From positions 110,653 to 174,652 of the forward strand of contig CAWCKJ010000010.1 in assembly GCA_963796105.1 (NCBI GenBank): a stretch of 64,000 nt of DNA, read 5' to 3'. Made by a program: the position numbers and the translations under genes. Shown here in pieces: positions 10,697 through 18,253 of the stretch; the stretch's first letter is position 1; each line of letters begins with the position of its first letter. This DNA comes from a candidate division FCPU426 bacterium (GTDB taxonomy: Bacteria; Oederibacteriota; Muellerivitia; Muellerivitales; Muellerivitaceae). Below the pieces are notes generated by a model that saw nothing but the letters and a program-made list of their open reading frames with translations, ran no database searches and was not told the DNA's origin.

Positions 10697-10814
10697 GGAA
10701 CCCGGGAATTAGCCGGGAACTACGGGAACTCGGGAACTAGCCCAGAACCCTGGAACTATCCGGAACCCCGGAACTGGTCCAGAACCCCGGAACTACCCAG
10801 AACCCCGGAACTAG
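10697..10814 (+). repeat. GGAAC-rich tandem block (18-19-bp units)
   Basis: GGAACT at 10752, 10770, 10789, 10807; reverse complement of the motif in 58761-59220. Confidence 0.85.
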
Positions 10815-10823
10815 GGCTTTCAG

Positions 10824-11413
10824 CTATCGGCATTTGGATTTCGACTACCGGTACGACGGGGATGACCTACCGGCATGAGGGTTTTAGCTACCGGCATGGC
10901 CGGGGTCGGCTACCGGCATTTGGATTTCGACTACCGGCACGGCGGGGGTGGCCTACCGGCATGGGGATTTCAGCTACCGGCATTTGGATTTCGACTACCG
11001 GCATGGCGGGGGTGGCCTAACGGCATGGGGATTTCGACTACCGGCATGGCGGGGGTGGCCTAACGGCATGGGGATTTCGACTACCGGCATGGCGGGGGTG
11101 GCCTACCGGCATGGGGATTTCAGCTACCGGCATGGCGGGGATCGCCTACCGGCATGAGGGTTTCAGCTACCGGCATGGCGGGGGTGGCCTAACGGCATGG
11201 GGATTTCGACTACCGGCATGGCGGGGGTGGCCTACCGGCATGGGGATTTCAGCTACCGGCATGGCGGGAATCGCCTACCGGCATGAGGGTTTCAGCTACC
11301 GGCATGGCGGGGGTCGCCTACCGGCATTTGGATTTCAGCTACCGGCTTGGCGGGGATGACCTACCGGCATGAGGGTTTTAGCTACCGGCATGGCCGGGAT
11401 CGCCTACCGGCAT
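10824..11413 (+). repeat. 28-unit array: CTACCGGCAT core with alternating 11/12-nt linkers
   Basis: Cores counted from 10824 to 11404 at 21/22-bp spacing (43-bp dimer). Confidence 0.95.
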
Positions 11414-11485
11414 GGCAGGCATGAGCCGGTGGTCCTGTGGGCATGGGTCGGCCTGCCCATGGGTGCATATTCCAATAGTCGGGTC

Positions 11486-11860
11486 GGGTTTCCGTCGTCC
11501 GGTGACGGGTTTTCCGTCGTCCGGGGTCCGGTTCCCGCCATCCGGTGCGGAGTTCCCGCCATCCGGGATCGGGATTTCCGTCGTCCGGGGTCGGGTTTCC
11601 GTCGTCCGGTGCCGGGTTTCCGTTGGTCGGAGGCGGGATTACCGTTGGTCGGTGCCGGGTTTTCCGTTGGCCGGGATCGAAATTACCGTTGGCTGGTGGC
11701 GGGATTTTCGTTGGCCGGTGCCGGGATTTTCGTTGGCCGGTGCCGGGATTTCCGTTGGTCGGTGGTGGGGTTTCCGTTGGTCGGTGGTGGGGTTTCCGTT
11801 GGCCGGTGCCGGGAATTCCGTCGTCCGGGGTCGAGTTTTCCGCCATCCGGTGGCCCTGTA
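11486..11860 (+). repeat. 17-unit 21-22-bp array (GGGATTTCCGTTGGCCGGTGCC-like)
   Basis: CCGTCGTCCGG/CCGCCATCCGG/CCGTTGGYCGG cores from 11492 to 11840. Confidence 0.9.
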
Positions 11861-12070
11861 GGCATGAGTCACTGGCCCAGTCGGAATGGTTTGGATTTTC
11901 GTTGGTCGGATTGTGGTTTTCGCCGGTCGGTGCTGGGGTTTCTGCCGGGCGAATGTGCGGGGCAGAATAATAGAAATAACATACCGACCAATTACTCAGG
12001 CTGGACAGATTGCTGTAACTAATATAGAACTTTAAAAGTTCAATCTTTTAACCAAAGTTAGGGGAGTCTC

Positions 12071-12619
12071 TTGAATAAGCTTTTTACGATACTTTTGATT
12101 ACGTCATTAGGGATTTATCTATTGGCACAGCCGGTTTGGGCGAAAAAGGCCAAGGCAAAGCCGACCCCCGTTCCCGCCGAGATTGAGACCCATTGGGATG
12201 CTTGGTGGGGGATGCAATACCTTCAAAATGGGAAACAGCTTACCGGGCAGGAATTGAGAAACCTGATTGACTCAACCAACGATCCGAAATTAAGCGCGCT
12301 CCTCAGTCAATCCGGAACGGATGAGACTCTTGGAGGTGTCGGCTTGGGGGCGGTTATCGGCTTGAACATTGCCTGCATATTCCTTCCCAATACAAACGTT
12401 CATGTGGCGGGATTAAATATCGGTTTGCCCAATCTGCCCGTGGAGATCCCAGCCGTGGTCCTGGGGTTTGCCTCGTCCTATTTCGCGGGCGCGGCGGGTG
12501 CCGAGAAATATAACGCCGTCCAGGGCTATAACCGCAAGGTGAAAGAGCCTGGTCCCCTTACCTGGGATTTATCCCCTCGCTCCAATGGCCTGGTTTTGGA
12601 TTTGAAATACGCCTTATAA
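12071..12619 (+). CDS. Exported/membrane hypothetical protein
   Basis: GGAG RBS, TTG start, signal peptide ending VWA, hydrophobic segments, C-terminal LDLKYAL. Confidence 0.75.
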   Translation: MNKLFTILLITSLGIYLLAQPVWAKKAKAKPTPVPAEIETHWDAWWGMQYLQNGKQLTGQELRNLIDSTNDPKLSALLSQSGTDETLGGVGLGAVIGLNIACIFLPNTNVHVAGLNIGLPNLPVEIPAVVLGFASSYFAGAAGAEKYNAVQGYNRKVKEPGPLTWDLSPRSNGLVLDLKYAL

Positions 12620-12640
12620 GAAATCACGCCTAAAAAAAGA

Positions 12641-12674
12641 TTTCACCACAGGCTGTCTTCGACAGCGCACAGAG
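12641..12674 (-). repeat. CTCTGTG-[hairpin]-CTGTGGTGAAA element
   Basis: Reverse-orientation relative of 17058 and 54109 copies. Confidence 0.7.
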
Positions 12675-12818
12675 ATTACATTCATGTTTTCTATGAATAT
12701 TTTGCCCAACTCCCATCAAAGGTGAGTTTCTGGTGAGACCGTCAAACCATTTTGCAAATCGTTATATTGGGCTCTGAATTAAGATTAACTTTGAATATTC
12801 AATTTTGAAAAAAGATTT

Positions 12819-13562
12819 CTAATATTGCTTTCTTTCAAAGAAAAGTAACCAACTATCTTCCCAATAAACGAGCTCGTTATTATCAATAATCTCCACTGCC
12901 CCATGTAGGCCATCTTTATCTAGGACCTGTAAAAACAATATTTCTTCTCTTTCTGGGTGATAGCCATACTCATAACTATCCAAATAAGGCCCTTCAAATT
13001 GATCATTTCGTTTCGCTGTGGTTTCAGCGTGGATGATGTATCTTGGATTTTTAATATTATCACCCATATATTCGCATTCCTTCTCTTTGAAATCGAAACC
13101 TAGTAAATCATCATTTTTTTGAAAATTTTTGCTCCTCAAGAAGGAGTGCTTAACATTTTTAATTCTCTTTAATGTCCATTTGCCAAAAAAATCATCCGGT
13201 TTATATGTTTTGTGGGCAAGATATATTTTTGGTGCATTAGAAGAAACATCGCCATTTTTTTTGTTATAAACCCAACCACCCGTACCATCATAAACATCGA
13301 CAACCTTTCGACTCCCTGTAAACCCATCCATTGGTATGGAATCTAAATATTTTGGAACTAGAATTTCCAAAGTGGGTGGCCATCCATTTGGGTTATTCCA
13401 GTAATAATTTGTTGCCGCTTCCATGGCCCGAAAAGTAAAACTTTTTGATTTTGAATTAGGGAACAATTTGTGTTTTTGATAATTTCTGTTAACCAAATGG
13501 GCAACACCTAATAATCCAATAAAGGCTATGATAATTACCCATATGAATCTCTTAATATTCAT
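12819..13562 (-). CDS. Low-GC hypothetical protein, N-terminal TM and GspG-like segment
   Basis: 247-aa ORF; WPPTLEILVPKYLDSIPMD resembles T2SS pseudopilin domain. Confidence 0.7.
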   Translation of the reverse strand: MNIKRFIWVIIIAFIGLLGVAHLVNRNYQKHKLFPNSKSKSFTFRAMEAATNYYWNNPNGWPPTLEILVPKYLDSIPMDGFTGSRKVVDVYDGTGGWVYNKKNGDVSSNAPKIYLAHKTYKPDDFFGKWTLKRIKNVKHSFLRSKNFQKNDDLLGFDFKEKECEYMGDNIKNPRYIIHAETTAKRNDQFEGPYLDSYEYGYHPEREEILFLQVLDKDGLHGAVEIIDNNELVYWEDSWLLFFERKQY

Positions 13563-13633
13563 TTCAGGTACCCCGGGTTGGACATCGATTGGTTTGACTC
13601 ATCCGCCTAACGGATGTGAGGAGAAGAACCTAC

Positions 13634-14344
13634 TTAATGTTTTTTGGGGCTTATGGATTTTTCATGAAGCAGGATGGTCCGCATTTCCTCTTGGGTTAAA
13701 AAGGGGGAACTGTTCACGGCTTTATCGACAGAGGCTTTCAAGACAAGACCTTGGGCGGTAATTAACGTTCCTAAATGGAATATAAGCATCGTCAGTAAAA
13801 TCCCTAAAACCATTCCCAGGGCGCCCAAATAACCATAGTCCATGATCGCGATGACGCCGATGAACAAAATAAGCCCGCCGATGAAATAGATGGAACCCTT
13901 GAGGGCTTTACCCAGGGAGATGGTTTTATGGGCGGTGTTATAGGCGTCCTTATACCGGATCATGATCAATTCATTCGCTTTTGGAGGGGCTTCCTGCTCC
14001 GCGAATTCCAAGTGAGGCTTCACTTCAGGTTGAGAAACGGGCGGCGGTTTGAGGCTTGTCAACTCGCGATGGGTCTTAGGCGCCTTCTCGGTTTTCAAGT
14101 CATCCTGTTTCACTAATTTCAGGAATTCTTTTGTTTCAGCCGGCGGAGCGGGCGGAGGAACAGCAGGTTTTGGTTCGGGTTTGGGGATTGATTCCTTCCC
14201 GCTTTCCACGGGTTTCTGTTCCGCTAATACCTTGTCGCTTTTTGCTTCGGGTTTTGGCGGGGTTTCGAAACGCTCTGTGGCGCATTTCCAGCAGTAAGTT
14301 AAGAATTCCTCTATATCCTCACTGCAATTCTTGCATTGCCACAT
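13634..14344 (-). CDS. Zinc-ribbon, Pro-rich, two-TM hypothetical protein
   Basis: WQCKNC...CWKC, proline-rich linker, C-terminal TM pair; AAGGA RBS. Confidence 0.8.
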   Translation of the reverse strand: MWQCKNCSEDIEEFLTYCWKCATERFETPPKPEAKSDKVLAEQKPVESGKESIPKPEPKPAVPPPAPPAETKEFLKLVKQDDLKTEKAPKTHRELTSLKPPPVSQPEVKPHLEFAEQEAPPKANELIMIRYKDAYNTAHKTISLGKALKGSIYFIGGLILFIGVIAIMDYGYLGALGMVLGILLTMLIFHLGTLITAQGLVLKASVDKAVNSSPFLTQEEMRTILLHEKSISPKKH

Positions 14345-14550
14345 GGCATTTCCTTTCTAGGGAAAAAACACGTTCGGTAGTTCTCGGGTAAGGAAATCTA
14401 ACAGGTATTTTAAACCTTCCCGGCCCTTCATGGCTGATAATTTGCGAAGTTATTCCCCCTTACAGCCATCCAAATTAAACAAAATCCAGTAAGATGAATA
14501 AAAACAGGTAATTATAATTCTAAAAGTCATTAAGCAAAACCAAAGCCTTT

Positions 14551-14648
14551 GCCACGTGCCAGCCTGCCATATGGCATTTGAAAGAGGCTGGTACCGTACC
14601 GATCTCAATATATTTTTATGGATGGATCGGCACGGATTCAGGGGATAA
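14551..14648. repeat. GCCAC|GGATTCAGGGGAT repeat arm with inserted hairpin doublet
   Basis: Nearly identical to 16777-16870. Confidence 0.8.
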
Positions 14649-14748
14649 GGGGCGTAGCCAATAGCCTTAGATAAATAAGGGATAACATGAAAATTCTTAT
14701 AATCGACGGAACCGGGTTCCTTTAATTTATGGTTACAAAGGTCGAAAT

Positions 14749-14777
14749 TTGACAACTATATCGGCTACCGATATAAT
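14749..14777 (+). promoter_or_regulatory. Consensus sigma70 promoter with overlapping palindromic operator (higBA)
   Basis: TTGACA-17 bp-TATAAT; TATATCGG-cta-CCGATATA at 14757-14775. Confidence 0.85.
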
Positions 14778-14785
14778 CACCTCTG

Positions 14786-15076
14786 ATGATTCAATCCTTC
14801 GCGGATAAAATAACGCGTGATATTTTTGATGGCATCAACTCCAAGGCGTCCCGATGCTTGCCTATAGAATTGCACTCAAAAGCCAGACGTTTAATGGACT
14901 TCATCAACGCCACTGGGAATATCAATGATCTACGTGTGCCGCCTGGGAATCACCTGGAGGCTTTAAAGGGTGATTGGCGGGGGTTTTATAGTATCCGGAT
15001 TAACGACCAATGGCGCGTCGCATTCCGGTGGGTTGAAAACGAAGCTGAAGAAGTTCAAATTGTGGATTACCATTAA
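14786..15076 (+). CDS. higB: HigB (RelE/ParE family) toxin
   Basis: MIQSFADK, DLRVPPGNHLEALKGD, YSIRINDQWR, VDYH. Confidence 0.95.
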   Translation: MIQSFADKITRDIFDGINSKASRCLPIELHSKARRLMDFINATGNINDLRVPPGNHLEALKGDWRGFYSIRINDQWRVAFRWVENEAEEVQIVDYH

Positions 15077-15092
15077 TTTTTAGGAGGAAACC

Positions 15093-15386
15093 ATGCTGCC
15101 CAAGACCCGGATTTCGACCCATCCTGGAGAAATTTTGGATAAAGATTTCTTGAAGCCCTTGGGTGTTTCTCAAAATTCCTTTGCCGCGCACTTGGGATGG
15201 TCCCATGCCAAGATTAATGAAATCATTCATGGCAGAAGGGGAATTACGCCTGAGGCGGCGCTTTCCCTGGCCGATGTATTAAGAACAACTCCTGATTTGT
15301 GGTTGAATTTGCAAAAAAATCATGATTTGTCTAAGGCGCGGAAATCGCACCACAAAAAGAAGCCTTTTTTAGTGAAAGCTGTTTAA
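15093..15386 (+). CDS. higA: HigA antitoxin (HTH-XRE)
   Basis: HPGEILDKDFLKPLG, GITPEAAL, WLNLQ; follows higB. Confidence 0.95.
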   Translation: MLPKTRISTHPGEILDKDFLKPLGVSQNSFAAHLGWSHAKINEIIHGRRGITPEAALSLADVLRTTPDLWLNLQKNHDLSKARKSHHKKKPFLVKAV

Positions 15387-15427
15387 ATCAATCTGTTTCC
15401 CTTTGTTGAATAAATTCTAGGAAAAAA

Positions 15428-16465
15428 ATGAAAATTCTTAAAATCTACGGAATCGTATTTCTATTAATCTTCGCCATTTTCGCGTTTATTTTCATTCCCA
15501 CCTTCTTCCTACCGGGCGGAAACATCGACATCCCCGTTTATTCCAAAAGCACGGCCAGGTCCATCGCCAGGAGCCTCAAGGAAAAGGGCATCATCCATTT
15601 CGCCCTGCCGTTCCGCCTCCTATCCAAGGCCATTCACGCTGACCGCAGGCTCCAGGCGGGTTTGTATCGATTGAGCCAGCGCATGAGCCTTTGGGAGGTG
15701 CTTTCAGCCCTTTCCCAGGGAAAAAGCGAGCTGTTATCCCTTAAAGTCCCGGAGGGCTTCACGACCGAGCAGATTGCGCAGGAAATGGAAAAGTTGAAAG
15801 CTTCCACCGCTGAGGAATTCCTGAAGGCCGCGAGGGACCAAGAACTTCTCAAGAAACTGGGTATCCACGGGCCTAGCCTGGAAGGGTACCTTTTTCCCGA
15901 AACCTACCGGATTCCCATGGCGGCCAGCCCGGAAGCCCTATTAGAACTCATGGTCCGCCAGTTCCAGGATTCGGTGGGGGATGATTTCGAGGCCAAGTGC
16001 AAGGTGCAGGGTCTGACGCCCTACCAACTGGTGACGCTCGCCTCCATCATCGAGAAGGAAGCCAAGACGGACGATGACAGGAGCATGATCGCGGGGGTTC
16101 TCTACAACCGCCTCCGCCAGAAGATCCGCCTGCAAGTCAACGCCCCCTTGAATTACATCCTGAGCAGTAAGAATCCCTGGGTCACGAACGAGCAGATCAA
16201 TACCCAATCCCCCTACAACACCTACCAGCACAGGGGACTGCCTCCGACCCCCATTTGCAATCCGGGATTGGCCTCAATCCAGGCGGCCCTGGCTCCGGCC
16301 CAGGTGCCCTACCTTTATTACGTCGGCAAGGGTGACGGCACCAACTTGTACGCTACCACGCTTGAGGAACACAAAAAGAACGTCATCATCGCCAAGAGAA
16401 TCCGGAGAACCCAGAGGGCCAACAGTTTGTTGAAAGCTGCCGGGGACCTGGGGAACTCGAAATGA
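15428..16465 (+). CDS. mltG: Endolytic transglycosylase MltG
   Basis: VPEGFT, LEGYLFPETY, LASIIEKE, SPYNTY, GLPPTPICNPG. Confidence 0.95.
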   Translation: MKILKIYGIVFLLIFAIFAFIFIPTFFLPGGNIDIPVYSKSTARSIARSLKEKGIIHFALPFRLLSKAIHADRRLQAGLYRLSQRMSLWEVLSALSQGKSELLSLKVPEGFTTEQIAQEMEKLKASTAEEFLKAARDQELLKKLGIHGPSLEGYLFPETYRIPMAASPEALLELMVRQFQDSVGDDFEAKCKVQGLTPYQLVTLASIIEKEAKTDDDRSMIAGVLYNRLRQKIRLQVNAPLNYILSSKNPWVTNEQINTQSPYNTYQHRGLPPTPICNPGLASIQAALAPAQVPYLYYVGKGDGTNLYATTLEEHKKNVIIAKRIRRTQRANSLLKAAGDLGNSK

Positions 16466-16752
16466 AAAAATGCCACGCCTGCGGGGAGCCCTGGGAGGGC
16501 TTTCCTGGGACCCAGCCCGGACGGGAGGAGTCCTGCGAGAAATGCGGGGCGTACCTCCACTGCTGTTTGAATTGCCGGCACCATTCACCGACGGCCCACC
16601 ACGAGTGCATGAGCTCCACCACCGAGTATGTCCAAAACAAGGAAGGAAAGAATTTTTGCGAGGAATTCGAGTTCACTGGTAAGGGCCAGGGAGGGTCCAC
16701 TGGTTCCAAAAACGACATGGAAGATAAATGGAAAAACATATTCGGAAGCTGA
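16462..16752 (+). CDS. Cys-rich putative zinc-binding protein
   Basis: CHAC, CEKC, HCCLNC, FCEEF; ATGA overlap with mltG. Confidence 0.8.
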   Translation: MKKCHACGEPWEGFPGTQPGREESCEKCGAYLHCCLNCRHHSPTAHHECMSSTTEYVQNKEGKNFCEEFEFTGKGQGGSTGSKNDMEDKWKNIFGS

Positions 16753-16776
16753 AGCCATAAATCAAAATCCTGTCTA

Positions 16777-16982
16777 GCCACGTGCCAGCCTACCATAAGG
16801 CAGTTGAAAGAGACTGGTACAGTACCGATCTCAATATATTTTTATGGATGATCGGCACGGATTCAGGGGATGCACTAGATAGCGATAAAAAGGATTTAGA
16901 TAAGCTATAGATCGTGTTCCATGACCAAGCCTGCGGACCGTGGAAAAATTAATTTTTCCATCGGCCGTCTGCATGGTCATAA
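16777..16982. repeat. GCCAC-family MITE-like repeat with inserted hairpins
   Basis: 5' part matches 14551-14648; 3' part matches ~24052-24176 including AATTAATTTTTCCAT. Confidence 0.75.
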
Positions 16983-17057
16983 CGCCCATTGGGCGCAAGG
17001 GCTTTGCCCTTGGCACGATCCTAAGCAAGTTACCCAATTTGGTTTTATAACCGTGAA

Positions 17058-17088
17058 CTCTGTGGTTTCGAAGAAACCTGTGGTGAAA
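17058..17088 (+). repeat. CTCTGTG-[hairpin]-CTGTGGTGAAA element
   Basis: Hairpin GGTTTC-GAA-GAAACC. Confidence 0.7.
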
Positions 17089-17179
17089 TGTAGTTTCTTT
17101 TGAATAATTTCTGGCTTTGACTGATTAAGTTCCCGCCCAATAGGTATTCCAGCTAAACATAGGTTTTCTCAAGTGTTTT

Positions 17180-18165
17180 TATGCTTATGCACAAAGTGAC
17201 CGTGCTGTAATGGGTTTTGCTAAGGCACATGCGGTCAAAGCACGGTGAAATAAGGAATCGGGATCATGACGACGGTTGAACCGATAGGCATATTCACTTA
17301 GATACCGGCCTAAATACTTAGCATCAACGCCATGATGAGTTCCAATGATCCAGGCCTTGGCGTTGGAAATGAACCGGTGTACCCAGGGCAACCAACTTTC
17401 CAACTCTTTCGGGTCATTGGCCATCACCCGGTAGTCTGCCTCCACTCCTTTGAGTTCACGCAAGGCTGGCGAAGCATCTGTGTTGAGGAAAGAGCCTTTT
17501 TCCATAGTCTGATTCACGAATTCCTGGCTCTCCCACTTGGTTTCCATAGCTACCTTCACCTTGGCAAAACCCGCTTTTTCCTTCTTGCAACCATTCTCAT
17601 CCACCCATTCCTTGCTTTCCACCGCCACCAAGACTTCCACTTGGTTTTCCTTGGCCTTTTTCCCAAAAACCGCCCCATCCAACTCAATGACGCCCTTTAG
17701 AGTATAGCTTTCGTCCTTTTGCCTAAGACCTTCCCGGATCTTATGCAATAGAAGCCATGCCGAATGATCCGAAAGATTTAAATGCCGCTTCAGTTCCAGG
17801 GCCGAAATACCCCGTTTGCCCTGCATCATCAAACTGATGGCCCTGACCCAGGTTAAAAGAGGCAGCTTGGAGCTTTCAAAAATCGTCCCGGCGCGAAGCC
17901 GAAGACGTTTCCGGCAATAGTCACATTCCCTCACTTCAGGCTTGGCCTGGTGTTGCCAGAAGCTTTCGCCCTCACATTGGGGACAAACAAAGTCTTTCCC
18001 GCCGAAACGGCATCTCCACACCCATTGGCGGGCTTCTTCTTCCGTGTGGATTTTCCTCAGAATTTTAATGCTTTTCATCCGCTGGTAGCTCATGTACCAC
18101 CTCCCGTAGCGGACAGTATACCTATGTATTCCTTTATTTCAAGGGTCACTTAATACAGAAGCATG
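17180..18165 (-). mobile_element. IS1595-family insertion sequence, 986 bp, copy 1
   Basis: TIRs ATGCTT(A/C)TG..AAGTGACC; 8-bp TSD AGTGTTTT (17172-17179, 18166-18173). Confidence 0.95.
17185..18093 (-). CDS. IS1595-family transposase
   Basis: Zn ribbon CPQC/CDYC, GTIFESSKLPL, IELDG, YLSEYAYRFNRR. Confidence 0.95.
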   Translation of the reverse strand: MSYQRMKSIKILRKIHTEEEARQWVWRCRFGGKDFVCPQCEGESFWQHQAKPEVRECDYCRKRLRLRAGTIFESSKLPLLTWVRAISLMMQGKRGISALELKRHLNLSDHSAWLLLHKIREGLRQKDESYTLKGVIELDGAVFGKKAKENQVEVLVAVESKEWVDENGCKKEKAGFAKVKVAMETKWESQEFVNQTMEKGSFLNTDASPALRELKGVEADYRVMANDPKELESWLPWVHRFISNAKAWIIGTHHGVDAKYLGRYLSEYAYRFNRRHDPDSLFHRALTACALAKPITARSLCA

Positions 18166-18199
18166 AGTGTTTTTAATTTTAAAAAGCGCACAGCTTTTA

Positions 18200-18221
18200 T
18201 ATAATGCGAAACCGGTTCCAA
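18200..18221 (+). promoter_or_regulatory. -10 box and LacI-type operator upstream of xylA
   Basis: TATAAT (18200-18205) followed by quasi-palindrome GAAACCGGTTCC. Confidence 0.6.
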
Positions 18222-18253
18222 AATGTTTCAATTTAGTTACAAACGGAGGATTC

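Noticed and set aside
10824..11413. CRISPR array or repeat-protein genes (ORFs 10875-12022)
   Set aside because: Core too short, linkers reused, and the 43-bp period cycles through frames so the same peptides appear in all ORFs.
12735..12743. GAGACCGTC as distant left TIR of IS1182
   Set aside because: Only a 9-bp match, 42 kb away, no TSD; compatible with chance.
12704..13609. Integron cassette (GTTAGGC before the 13562 gene; ATATAAC...GTTGGGC after it on the minus strand)
   Set aside because: Putative attC pairs poorly and no integrase or second attC is visible; IntegronFinder would settle it.
16782..16820. dif/Xer site (CCATAA-GGCAG-TTGAA)
   Set aside because: 5-bp centre and no TTATGTTAAAT XerD arm; better explained as a hairpin repeat.
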